64,000 bases of DNA from Epithemia pelagica. Its lineage: Eukaryota > Protista > Bacillariophyta. Positions 33,200 to 45,874 of the stretch are shown in pieces. Both the position numbers and the translations under genes were made by a program. Below the pieces are notes generated by a model that was not told the origin of the DNA, did no database searches, and worked only from the letters and a program-made list of their open reading frames with translations. Where the stretch lies: positions 4,154,001 to 4,218,000 of the forward strand of contig OX337229.1 in assembly GCA_946965045.2 (NCBI GenBank), read 5' to 3'. Each line of letters begins with the position of its first letter. The first letter of the stretch is position 1.

Positions 33200-34939
33200 T
33201 CATGAGTCCTCCCCAGCTTCGCCTTCCGTCGGTTCAAGTGGTGATAAAGTTTCATCGACAGCGATACTCAGTGCAAGGAGACCAAATCGAAGGAGCCGCG
33301 ACGCCAATCTAGCATTGAGGGAATTCCCCATGAGCTTCCATTGCTGTTTCATTGTGCATGTTGATGGAAACGTGAAGTGTGGAGAGACCGATGGTGCAGT
33401 GGTGCTCATCGACGAGTCCTGATCACAGGACGAATCCTTGAAATCGACTGTTTCCATTCGAGGATCCAGGAAACCAAACAAACGAGCCAATTCGATGCCG
33501 GTAAAATATCGCAGCTCTTGATCCGGGGCCTCCAAATGCGACAACCATTCATTATTATCAAATACTCGTTCGTGCGGTGCCACGAGTCGCGGTGGTCCCG
33601 CATGTGCACTACATGATGATAGCACATCTCCTTTTCCACACAATGACGGCCGAGCATCCGGAGCGATCTCTTGTTTCGCCTTGTTGTTGTTGTTGTCGGT
33701 TCCTATCCTTGGTAGATACAAAATGCTTCCAGTTCCTCGCACAAATTTTCCATAACTACTGGTGAAGCAGGAAGATCGTCGGCAAGTTGGGGTGACAATG
33801 TCAAAACACCATGCGGCAGTACGATCCAACACTTTGGAAGGAATTTGCAAGTCCTCGGAAATCCCCCTGTTGGTGTGGGTGGAGGACGGATCCAAAAAGT
33901 CTTGAATGGGTGGAGGTTCAGGTGCTTCCTGTTCTGGGAGAATACCTACCTCAACAACACTTGTATGGAGTTTCCGTTGGTTGAGTGTCCACGGCATTTC
34001 AGTGGTTGAGGTGAAATCGGACGAAAAGTACTTGTCCAGTAGTTGTTGCGCTTGTTCTGTTCGGTGGAGTGGATTGAATATCGGCCGAGACTCGTTGCGA
34101 AGGTCACTGCCGTCAAGACTGTCTATCTGGTCTATGGAAACACGGATAGCCAAACAAAAATACCGCGGTCTATCATTGGGGAGTCCCACTTGAGTGGGCG
34201 TGAGATGAAATTCGGCGACACGATACTGTCGATTTTTTAGAATCGTGAGCAATGTTTGACACGAGTGCGACGTTTCAAATTTCACCACGTTTTCCAAGGC
34301 AATGATTGTAGGCAACGCATGGCTGGACATGGTTGACAACAAGGTACACAAATGAGCCAAGGACTTGGATCGGGGATCGTCGCGTTCCGAGGCTTGATGG
34401 TCGTGTTGTCGTGTGTGTGGCTGGCAGGGAGGGGACATACACCAGGCATCGGCTCTCCATTCTGATTGTTCCATTTGTTCACATGTCAACGATTCAATTT
34501 TACACGGTGTTCGGATCCTTTTAGAGCGTTGTTTCCAACGTTTTTGTTTCTTTCTCGAACGTTCTTCATTTCTGCTCAACGTTGGTGCTGCAGCTGTGTC
34601 TCCATTCGTTTCATTTTTATCCTCGAGATCAAAGTTGTGTTGGTAGACTTGATTGCACAAATCCGAATGATCCAATGCGGCGATACACTCTAGTTTCAAT
34701 GCCAAAGGATCGTTCTTGATGCTCGTATGGTTCTTGGCAAGTTGCCCAAAGGCCTGTTCCAAGGCGAGGCGCCAGCCTCCAATGCCTGAATAAAATTCCA
34801 CATATTTGAAGGACACAATGGAACGACCACCGTCGCAAGGACTCGAAGAAGTGACATTGTTTGCGTCTCGAGAATCTACCACCGCAGGAGGAGCACAAGA
34901 CGACGGCGACGACATGGATTCCCCATTCCAGATACGCAT
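33200..34939 (-). CDS. DNMT2: DNMT2 / tRNA (cytosine-5) methyltransferase
   Basis: EFYSGIGG (motif I), MSPPCQPHTR (IV), LENV (VI), GLPNDRPRYF (VIII), CFTSSYG (DNMT2-specific CFT), LRYFT and LMGNSLN (X). Confidence 0.92.
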   Translation of the reverse strand: MRIWNGESMSSPSSCAPPAVVDSRDANNVTSSSPCDGGRSIVSFKYVEFYSGIGGWRLALEQAFGQLAKNHTSIKNDPLALKLECIAALDHSDLCNQVYQHNFDLEDKNETNGDTAAAPTLSRNEERSRKKQKRWKQRSKRIRTPCKIESLTCEQMEQSEWRADAWCMSPPCQPHTRQHDHQASERDDPRSKSLAHLCTLLSTMSSHALPTIIALENVVKFETSHSCQTLLTILKNRQYRVAEFHLTPTQVGLPNDRPRYFCLAIRVSIDQIDSLDGSDLRNESRPIFNPLHRTEQAQQLLDKYFSSDFTSTTEMPWTLNQRKLHTSVVEVGILPEQEAPEPPPIQDFLDPSSTHTNRGISEDLQIPSKVLDRTAAWCFDIVTPTCRRSSCFTSSYGKFVRGTGSILYLPRIGTDNNNNKAKQEIAPDARPSLCGKGDVLSSCSAHAGPPRLVAPHERVFDNNEWLSHLEAPDQELRYFTGIELARLFGFLDPRMETVDFKDSSCDQDSSMSTTAPSVSPHFTFPSTCTMKQQWKLMGNSLNARLASRLLRFGLLALSIAVDETLSPLEPTEGEAGEDS

Positions 34940-35516
34940 GGTCGAGAATCGATGGTTATCACACGTCTGGCTCTGGCAACTGACAACGGTGTGACTTCTC
35001 GAAGATTCGATCTTCAGCGGGGGAGGAGGACAGACGGATTATGACCCTCGGCTATTGACAGAAAGTGGAAAAATCGATTCAACTGGACAAAACCAGCTTC
35101 ATTTTCCCGTAGAATGAACGGATTCAAGGCCTTTCTACCATCCAAAACGTCGTTTTTGTCATTTTCAAAAATGACTTTTGGGTGAGCCCCAAAACCCAAA
35201 ACCTCTTTCCAAAAAAGAATGGAAGGGGGCGGTGTCTCTTTTGCTCTTGCTTTTGCTGCGCTGCTGCACTTTATTCTGTTTTGCAACTGATCTCTCCTTG
35301 CCATCATCAATTGAGAGCAATCTTCTCTGGTCTCCGTCCCTTTTGTGGTTTGTTTTGTGCTTGTGGAGTAGATCCTCGTCAGGTCCCATTTCCGCATCTG
35401 TGTTGTTTGGTGTATGGACGGAAACTGCTCGAGTTCTCCGGTTGCTGCCTGTTGCAAGAGACTGAACACTTCATGTTCCTTGTGGGTTTCGCTGTTGCTC
35501 CTTTGATACCCTCAAA

Positions 35517-38500
35517 ATGAACAACGATTTGCAAGCTATCATGGCACGTCGCCGCCGCATGGCAGATGACACTAAGCAACCCAGTAACAATAGCAGCGGA
35601 GACATTGACGTTTCCCTGTCCGATCTGCAGCATCAGCAACCGCAGGAGCCGGAAAAAGGGTCAGGGAATGACTTGCAATCTATCATGGAACGGCGAAGAC
35701 GAATTGCCGATGGTGAAGTGGTAGAAGAGGAAGAAGTAGAGATTCCAGTGGAACAAGAAGCACCGAAATCGGCCTTGCAGGAAATTATGGAAAGACGGAG
35801 ACGGATTGCGGATGGAGAACCGGATCCTGCGGTGTTGGAACAACAACGATTGGAGGAAGAACAAGCCGCAGCCGAAGCTGACTATCAGTCAATGATGGAA
35901 GCTGAACAACCTAAAAAAGGATCCTTACATGATATTATGCAGCGACGACGAAGATTGGCGGATGGAGAAGATCCGGGTGCAGTCAATCAACAATTGCCTC
36001 ATCAGTATCAACAACATACCAATAATACCACTCCCCGAGCTTCCACTAATGTAGGCGGGGTGGATAAATTGATGTTGGCTCCGCCAGGAGCAGCTCCATC
36101 CTCCAGATACAGACCATCCGTCGCAGCCACACCGGTCAAAGAAGATTTGAAATCCGTCGGAGTGACTTCGGAAATGCAAAAGATTATGGAAAGGCGAAGA
36201 CGATTGGCGGAAACAACCAATTTTGTTGGCGACGACGATGATGATGATGACGAGGCATCCGAGGTGCTCATCGAACAAGATGACGATGATGACGAACAGG
36301 CGGAAGAACAAGCTACAGCCTATCCAATGCAACATACGCTTCGCGGCAGTAGCGGCCGTTTGAGTGCACATTCTGCCGCCACACCTCCTGCGAATTCTGC
36401 GATTCAACCGTTGGCCTATCGTCCCTCTTCAGGGATCTCCTCTCCAACAGCCTCCTACCGACCATCGACGACATCCAAAACACCTTCTCCTGGGTACTAT
36501 GCACCCAGGAAAGAACCATCTGCAACTCGTCAACCGGAAGAGGAAGTGGCACCACCTCCGCCATCCACTGGAGCATTCGCTCAACTTCAAGAGCAACCAC
36601 CACGAGCTGAGAGCAGAGCAACCGGGGCGCAACAGGATTCTTCTCCCACAACGAGCACTCCCACGAAACCTACCACTGGTACTGGGGGGCGCAAAACAAA
36701 ACCCACCAGTCCAGGAGATTTTCAACCAACGTCGGCAGCTCCACCTGCCCGAACCAAAAGTCGCAAAGCGTCAACTAGCGCAGGAAAAACCAAGAAGTCA
36801 TTGTCGTCTTCATCCGATCTCAAACAACGAAATGCCGGCAGACTTTCTTCCATGTTGGACGCCGCTGCCGATGAAGAACAAGAGGTGGAAATTGCCATTG
36901 AATCGGAAGAAGACATTGATGTTGCGACTGTTGCATCTGATTTACCCGAGTCATTGGCTTCGGCCGAACCACCAAAAATGCCATCATCCTTGCTTTCGGC
37001 TGATGACGATGAGGAGGAAGACGATGCTGATGTCCAGTTTCGCAGTGAACCTGTTCCCCCCGCCCGTGCGGCTGGGAAAAAGGCACCTCGACGCGGTACA
37101 CGTCCAGCAGCTGCTTCCACCGTTCCCATTGTGCAACAAGAAGAACAAATAACTTCAACCAACGATGCTGGAGCAACCTCGTCTCGACGTACGGCCAGTA
37201 GTAAAGGGACGTCATCCGCGGCACCGGTGGTGGAAGGGAAGCCTTCGTCACGTCGCAGTAGGTCGTCTGCCACGGCCGATGACGATGTTTCGACGGCGTC
37301 ATCTCGGAGGAGCAAGTCCAAAAACTCGGGGCGTCGGAAACTTCCCAGTTCTTCCACAACGCCCCTGGCTGAAGGGACTGAAGAAGAAGAAGGCACCGAG
37401 TCTCACGAGGCACCCGTTGCAGAAATCAAGACTACTCCTCGGCGAACCAAATCAACGGTGAGAGAGGATACCCGCTCAGCATCACAGCGCTCCAGTAAGG
37501 GTAGTACCTCGGCTCCCCAACCACCATCGGGCGACGAAGAAAAGTCGCCTCGACGAAAGTCGCGACCCGTTACTCCAGGACCAGAAGGTGCTGGTGGTGA
37601 TAGTGGCTCTAGACGCGGCGCTCGTAGTTCGGTTGGCTCGAAAGCACAAGACACAGAAGACTCGGGATCTCGTCGGAGTGTGCGAACAGATTCAGCTCCC
37701 GCCGAAGAAGAGGGTGGTGGTGGGTCTCGTCGCGGACCAAGAAGTTTATCGAAAATGATCGAAGATGGAGCCACACGGGCAATGCCAAAATCTGACGATG
37801 GATCGCGTCGGGGAGGTCGTTCCGTAGCAGCTACAGATGAAGAGAGCGTTTTTAGTTCCAAGAAGCCAGGTACAGTTAAGCGCAAGAAGACCAAAGACGG
37901 CGAAAGACGGGTGAACCGAAAGCCATCTGGGAAACTTCGAGAGGTTTCTGAAGCCGCAAATTCTCCACAAGAGCAACCGAAAACACCAGCCTCCTTGGCA
38001 ACGACGCTTGGTGAAAGCAGTGGAAGTGCTCGCAAAAGTAAAAGTGGCGACATCTCTGTCACATCTGGTAGCAGTGGAGGGTCGATGCCTGATGACTTTT
38101 CCAAATTGCCTTCATGGGAGTCGCGGCATTCATTGCCGGGTGAGAAAGATGGTAAAATAACTGTCTTTCGGAGAGGAGACAAGGGAATCGCTGGGCAGTG
38201 GAGCTCGGCGACGAAATCCTGGACAGAGATAGGCGAAGTAACAGGAGGAAGTGCGGTTGGAGGATCTTCGGTTGTAAGCGGCTCGTCCTCCACGGATGAA
38301 CCCTTACCCTCGGGTAAAGCTCGGCGTCGAAAAAGTGGTGACTCCGCTTCGGCGTCTCCCTCCAATAAAAAGGATGTCGAATCTGCCGGACGGCGGCGCA
38401 AGACTGGCAGATCAGGAGAAACTCGACAACGCAACAAGCTGTTATCGTCAACATCCACCGACGACAGTGAATCGAGTCCAAGAAGACGGAGATCTTTGCG

Positions 38501-41500
38501 GTCATCCGATGTTTCAGATCATGATGATGAGGACTTAGAGGATGACGACGTCGAAGAAGTTGAGGAACTAGCTCCCGAACCTCCACCTCCGCCACCGGTG
38601 TCTCGAAAGAAATCTATGAAGAAAAAGTCTACAGCACCTCCCACAACAGAAACGTCGGAGCCGACTTCTTCACCCGTGTCGGAAGGTCGAACGAATTCGT
38701 TAGAAGACAGCGCCACAGGGAAAAGTCTTTCAGGGTTCGATTCTACTGCATGGGGGAGTGTCTCTGCATTCGGCGCCGACGCCAACCACAATAGTGTTTC
38801 CGCCGATGCATTTTCGGGCAAGGCGGGGTTTTCAGGTGGTTTTATGGCCGGCTTCGGAGACGCTGCGTTTGATGGGGCGACTGCGGCTGCACCAGTCACA
38901 TTCTCGTCGGACGCCTTTAAAACCGATGCTAATTTCGATGATGCTTTTGGATCTCCAAGTGCCTTCGACCCCGCTGGAACAAGTAATCTCTTTGCCCCTG
39001 CGTCAAAACCAGAGCCCGTGTATGAAACATCCCCGCTTACTGGAATGCCCACCACCACGATAGGTAACATTGAGCTGGACCAGAAAACTGTCTTGAGGCA
39101 AGCCTTTCAGGGGTCCTTGTCATCAAATCCTCTGAATGGAAATGTACTTCTGTGTTGTGAAACTCGAGATGGTGCAGTGATACGCGAAGTGGACACTAGT
39201 AACGGTTGCCGACAAGTTTTGTCTGCCTCTGTTCTTTCTCCCGAACTCCGAACCAAGGTTGCAAATAAGTACAATGCTTCGATCCGTGGACTTGACAAGG
39301 TTATAAGCATGTCTGCTGGTTTGTACCAGGCCAAAGGTCAAACCCGCCTACGGGTAGCTGCAATACTTGCCTTGATTTTGCTTGAAACTCAGCAACCCCT
39401 GAATGTGATTGCAGTTTGGCAATGGGGAAACGGTTTCCCTCAATCTGTCTCGTTGTTGTATATCATGAGCCCTCCAAGTGGTAGCGACTTTGGGTTTGAA
39501 CCTTCGAGCTTGCGGGTGGCTGACAATCTTTTATTCTTGGGAGGTCAATCTCCAAAAGGCCCATGTGTGCTTGTATCAAAACCGTCAGTAAGGGAGGCAT
39601 GGACATCCAACTCTCTTCCAGGCACCGGGAAGATTTCCTCCATGGAAGTTTTTATGTCAGTTGAAGCTCCACGGCCCTATATCGCTATCGCTTTAACTGA
39701 TAAGACAATAAGCGTTTGGTCCTTCAAGGCGGGTATTGAGTACACTGGAGCCAAGGGCAAAGAGCAGCAATCGAAACGATGGCTCGCCCCTCTTTGTCGG
39801 CTTAACAGCGGCCAAATTATGAATTCTCTCGATGCGAGTCCTCTCAGTGCGGATGGGAACGCCACTGGAAAAGGTAAGTGGTCTACAGGGTGGAGTTGTT
39901 TAATACTGATACAATCCCGAGTCTCACATTGATCATTTGACCAGACTACAAGAACACTGGTTATTGTTCGCATTTGGCATGGTTAAGTCAAGGGAACTCA
40001 GGGTCATCGATGCCTCTTCTCTCAGCATGCTTTCAGAATGGATTGGCTGTGTTTCATGTGGGATTACCTGTGCATAGTGATGGAAGCAGCGTCAAGCCTC
40101 TACCAGAAATGGCCCCAGGAAGTTCGCTTGGGCAAGCACCAAAGGTGTGGCCAGTGGTGGCGAAGCGATGGCAAGGAAAGCACGAACATGCAATGTCGGC
40201 CTGGATTAGTCTCGGTCCGCAAGTCAATCCTTGTATATCCATTTTACTTCAATCCAGCGAGTCTGCTCGACAGAACATGGTTCTTGGCATTATTCACATT
40301 CCACAGTATCGTCGTGGCCCCGTTGCAAAGGAACGATTACTCCCATTTAGAATTCTTGCAAATGGGATGCTGAGCGCCACATCACACACATCGCTTCTCC
40401 CGAGTGTGGTCAATGGTGTTGCTCTCTGTTATTCTGCAGACCACTTGTTTCACATTTATCCTACAATTTTTGAAAACTCATCGGGATCCTCAGTTTCATC
40501 TTTATGGCACCCAGTCTCATCACAGCCGCCTGGGTTGTCCTCTGTGGGTGATCCATTACTGGAAGATACGAAAACAGACAAGGATGGGATTGTTCACATC
40601 CATACGACATGGCAATGCGAACGCAATAAGTCTGAGTCGGAAGGGTCGTTGTATGATTGGTCTCGTCCTGCGAGAAGGCACTGGCTTTGTCGAACAGTCG
40701 TAGGCGACCGCAAGTCGTGCGCTGTGGATGAAGCCAAGGAAGAAAGGGCACCATCGCACTTTGGTGATGGTGAGACTGTGTTGGGTGGTGCGTCTTCTGA
40801 AGTGGTCTGCGAGATATTTGATGATTCCCTTGCTGGTGTCACTCCAATGCGTATCATTCGATGCCCCGGTGTCTCCGAGCTGTATGCAGTTCTCTTTCGA
40901 CCATCACTATGTTCGAAAACTGGGGGGAAGGATGCCATCTCACTGGATGCCACAGTGGTTGCCTTCATCGACCGCTCAGAGTCTCCGACTGTGGTGCGGC
41001 CGCTTGTAGCGAGGGATGCTGTTTTCTTGCCTTCACCACCTGGAGAATCCCCCAGAGGACTCCTTCTGAAGAAAGATGGATTGGGTTTAGCATATTTCAC
41101 ATGGGACACTGCCGAACGAAAGTGCAACATTCACAAAACCTACCGACCGATACTTGGCGTAGAAGATGACAAAGACTACGTGGAATGTAAGCGCATTTTT
41201 GTTTCATCGGGGGCCTCGAAAATGTCGCTGTTAGCTGTTGGAACGAGGCTGAGAGATTTGAAGGTTGCGATTGTATGCGGAGAACTGGTTGAACTGAATA
41301 GTGTTGAAGCGGAAAACTGGGCCCCGTTGCTGCCCAACATCGCGACCGGTAGATCAGCTTGGCTCGAAAGCTTTGAAGACGTCCTTGCACTGGTAGGACT
41401 TGAAGGTGATGATAGTGGCTATCGTAACTTCTCGGTCGTTACTACGCAGCGCGTTTTAATCCTTTCATCTGCGATGGAAATATCGGGAGAATGTCGAACA

Positions 41501-44500
41501 CGTCGCGTTTCGAGCACGAGTCTTGCTCCTCTAGGAGCTTTTGCAGTGTCATTTATTTCCGATGGCAAGGTGCGCTATCTATGCTGTTTGGATGGAGACT
41601 TGACGCACGGGACAGTAGCTACCCTTTGTCCAAGCTTGAACCGAATCAACCCATATCTTCTTCTGGCTGTCAGACAAGATCGAATTATTGCGCTACGAGA
41701 ACAAATCAATATCCGTCTTGTTGAACCTGGACAGAAAGTGGATTCGATATTCTTACCTACGGCTTTAACTAAACCGGCCCTTCTCCTTGAACCGCTTGTT
41801 GCAAATGCTATCAGCATTGGTGGTAAACAGAATCAGTCAACCACTATCTTGCGAAACGTTGTTGAAAAGTTTGGACGCGTTGTTGCTCTTGCACATGGAG
41901 AAAACGAAGGAATCGGGAACCTAGGAACAGGCCTTACGTCACGTGTGTTTGAAATTCTGGGAAAGTATGGATTGAAGCACGCTGCATCTTGGCTTTTGAC
42001 TGGCGCGGTGAAATTCGATAGGGCAACTAACACGACCATGCTACCCGCTTGGCAGCCGATTACCTCCCGCATGAATGGAGCGTTGAACACGGATGCTGTA
42101 CTGCACATTCTCGCTAGTGGAGATCGTGACTTCCTGGACTACGTGAAGAACCCTGACGGTGGAATGGTTTCTGCCCTCCCTCGTCTTATCGATCCTTCTT
42201 CGTACCTGTCTCAAGATATGGCAGCCGAGTATCTCAAGCTCGGTAAATCAATTGATGCATTGAAAACACTTGACGTCATTGGAAGCGAATGCACTGAGTC
42301 AATGATCGTCCAAATGTCGTTGTTGCTTGAGAAAGACAGAGCCAAGGACACAACCGGAATCCTGAAAGTAGTTAGCGGATTTGGAGGCGGAGGTCTTGGC
42401 CAACAATCTGGTGACTGCAAGCTACCAGGCTCGTTGGCGGCACTTGTCTTGTCCTTGAAGAACTCTAGAATGAGGGGAGTAGATCTAGGAATGAGCAGTG
42501 ACGAAATAGATCGTTGGATGAAGCCGCTGGCTCCATCGTTGCAGAAGGGCGGTAAAATACGCCGAACAAGGCAGAAATTAATGGGAGAGACCGAGATAGG
42601 ATCAGCTGGAGAGAACGAGGCGACGCCTGAGGATCCTTTATGGACCACGCCATGCAAGGAAGCAAAACACATATGGAACGAAGGACCGGAAAAAGAAAAG
42701 GACAAATTGCTGATGCTTGACCGTATCGAGGATTGGCTCGGAAGAAGACGGCCCATTATCCTCGGAAAAGAAGGAGCTTCTGCTGCACGGGATCGTGGAG
42801 CACTTGCAGATATATTGAACATGGACGACAATTCTTTTGGCGGGAAAAGCGATCTCGAGGACGAAAACGATGGATGGGTCGATGGTATTGGTGAAGGCCG
42901 CACGGACGAAGCTAACTTGTCTGGTTATCTCCGGTTTTCAGAGGGAGACAATGAAGAAAGTTCTTGGCGCTCGGATGGCATGGTTGATCTCTCACCATAT
43001 CAGCTTAAAGCTACAATTTTCGGTCGTTCTGAAATGTTTTCCCTCCAGAAGTCGACTTCAAGTGTAGACGAAGGTGAACCTGGAAAGGTTAAGAGTCTGT
43101 ACGACCTTGTTTTCGAAAAGGCAAGTATCGGGGCCTTGATCTTGCCATCCCCGAGAGGAGGTAGTCTCGATGTGGGGGCATTACACACTTCTGACCGTCA
43201 ATCGAGGCAAAGATGTACTATTGAGTTCTGGTACCATCTACCGTCGAAGCTTTCTTCTGGCGAAACCATTCTTGTTCGAAGAACGCTTGGAACATCTGCA
43301 GACGATTTCAAGAGAGTTTCGGTCGCTTCTGACAAGGAATCGATCATGTGGGAGTTAGCGTTGCGCTCATCCGGTGAACTCGTCTTTAGAAGCTGCGGTG
43401 GGTCCACGTTACGGTCGACCCAAAAGCAAGTAGCCTCGGACGCCAACCAAGACGGTGACCAAACACAACCTGGTCTTGCTCAAACCGGGAAGTGGAATCA
43501 TGTATGCATTGTGCTTTCATCCCGTGGCCTTGGTTTGACTGAGTGCTCCATCTCCATTCTTATGATGGGCACCTCTGTTGCAGAGTCAAAGGTGTCAATG
43601 ATGCCCTCTGGCTTCGATGAAGATGACCTGGATAGTTCTGCCAACCTGAAAGATCTGCTCCATAAATCAAACATGCTGTTTGGGTTGGGCAACCCACCAG
43701 GGTTCCGACTGACAGAGTTACGCGTTTGGGCGTGCGCTCGAAGCCATGATGATGTCGACTCATTCATGCGCGAGTACCTTAATGCGGCCGAGGGAAAGAA
43801 GAAGTTCAAGGTTAAAATCAAGTCCAAAAAAGGAGCAACAACTCTTGGTAAAGGAAACTTTCTTGCAAAACCAGGAGCCGTTGGGGTTGCTGGGGGCAAT
43901 GCACCAAAAGGGTTGTTATCCCTTGCTCCCACACCCAAAATGTCTCTGGCACCACAAAAGAAGGAGGAGACCGAGAGCCCAGAGCAACCGACAAGCAGTC
44001 AGGAAACAAGTTTTGCCACTGATTTCAATGCATTTGGCGTGTCAGAAAGTGCCTCAGGTTCCCCACAAGCCTCCCCAGAGAAGACTGCTGAAGAAGAACC
44101 GCCCATCACGCTATGGGACACTGCTCTGCCACTTTCGCAACAGGTTCGATCTTCTGCTGCGGCTGCCTTAATCCGTGGACCTCCGGCTACCCGTCATTTT
44201 GGTGGAAACAGAGGTGGTTTACCGGATTTCAGTGGTATGGAAAGATTTGGAGTTGGAGGCGTGGCAATATGCGGTTCTGAAAAGACGATAGTCTGGCGAG
44301 ATAATGAAGACCCTCCCGCCCTTACTTATCCAATTGGCGCAAGCGGCGCAATCGTCAGTGACCAGATGGATGATGAAGGGAGTGAGTTCCTTTGTTGCTT
44401 TCTGGCGAGGGACAAGAGAATGGTTGTCTTCGAGCTCCAGTCCCGAACGGTTGTTGTAGAGCTGCAAATGACGACAAAGCTGAACTTTTGGAGATTCCTG

Positions 44501-45283
44501 CCACCCGAGGCGGGAGAGAATACTCTTTGCTTTATGTTGGTGACACCAGTGGGAGGTTTTCACTGGATGGCTCTTGACGAATCCCCCCGCCCTCAGCAAG
44601 TTTGGAAGCGAGGACCAGATCTTGCCGGCAAGAAGGTTGTTGCATACGAAGAGGGCGGTTCGAACGGACTCGATGGGCCGGATATTCTGTCGCGTGTTGG
44701 CCTTATCATGGTAACACAATCCACAGGATCAAGCAGCCTGGAATCATGGATTGTTCCTATTGCTGGTGACTCCGTGGCAGTTCAAGTGTCTGACGACGTG
44801 ATGGGAGGTTGTCTATGTTTGCCCCCGTACGTTGACGAGGGTCCTTTTCTCCCCCTGCTTGTAGCTGTTTTACAGATAGAGGAAGGCATATTTGTAAACG
44901 TTATGTCTTTGATTGAAACCCAAGAGGGATCAGTTGGATTGGGTGAGATTGCCGTGACGCTGGAAGTTGATCTTACAGGGTTTGAAGACGTTGACTTTGA
45001 GCCACCTGCGTTGGCAATGGGCACATTTCCGGAGGCCATTTGTTGCTCTCTGGCTAATATTGTGGTCGTTCTCATACGAAGGAAGGGTTTGATTGTCGCC
45101 TTTGAATTGGAAGACGGAGATATGAGCCTTATTGCTCGTGAAGGTGTTGATCATTTTGTGATAGACGCGGTGATGCGTTACTCAGCGGAAGTGGGAGGTG
45201 CGGAAATCGTCATGCTTCTCGCTGATGAGGAGAACTCTAAGGACGGACGCATGGTGAGCTTCTGCTTCCGTTCAGCGGCGTAA
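35517..45283 (+). CDS. Giant (~3231 aa) scaffold: helical repeats, disordered region with DxF motifs, beta-propeller-like regions, LamG-like domain; intron 39874-39944
   Basis: ORFs 35517-39932 and 39974-45283 are joined by a 71-bp GTAAGT...CCAG intron (GK|DYKN). LamG-like TIEFWY...GKWNHVCIV...LTELRVW. Motifs reminiscent of TTRAY/TWD40. Confidence 0.8.
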
Positions 45284-45874
45284 TGTTCAGCAGAAACTTA
45301 TGTATTAGTAGTATTGAAACAATTTTTCAAGTATCCGTATTGTGGCTCGCCTCAAAAGTGACCTTCTACGGGCAACATGGCGAAAACTTGTGAAAACTAA
45401 GTGCTCGTCTAGCATTGAGCGACCAGAAAAATTAGAGCTCGGACTCGGATAGAATCGGAATAACTTTTAGAACGGACGATAAAACGACGTGACGGCATCT
45501 TGCACATTTCAAAACTGATAGGAGAAGGAAGTCTCGAAAGACTACCCAGTCCCCAGTCCCAGCAGAGGCAGGAGGCAGTCGGATATCGACAGCTTACCCG
45601 TGTACCTACTCTCTAGTAGCTAGAGCTCTCTACTCTAGCTAGCTACTCCTAGTAGAGAGAGGCCCACTCCCCTAGTAGAGCTAGCTAGCGAGCTCTTCTG
45701 CTCCGTTTCGAGTTTTGCAAAGATTAGAAATCAAGAACGCAAGGAAGGACATCATTATGTTCTCCATGCCCCAAAGAGAGGATTAGAGAATACCACGTCA
45801 TCTATTATCTAACATTGCTTCCTCTATCCTTGCAGTTCCGAAGATGGGTCTTTCTGTCATTCGGTCATGGCAAA

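Noticed and set aside
33200-34939. DNMT2 as part of a TE-defence island
   Set aside because: It sits among housekeeping genes, and the established main role of DNMT2 is tRNA C38 methylation. There is no linkage evidence.
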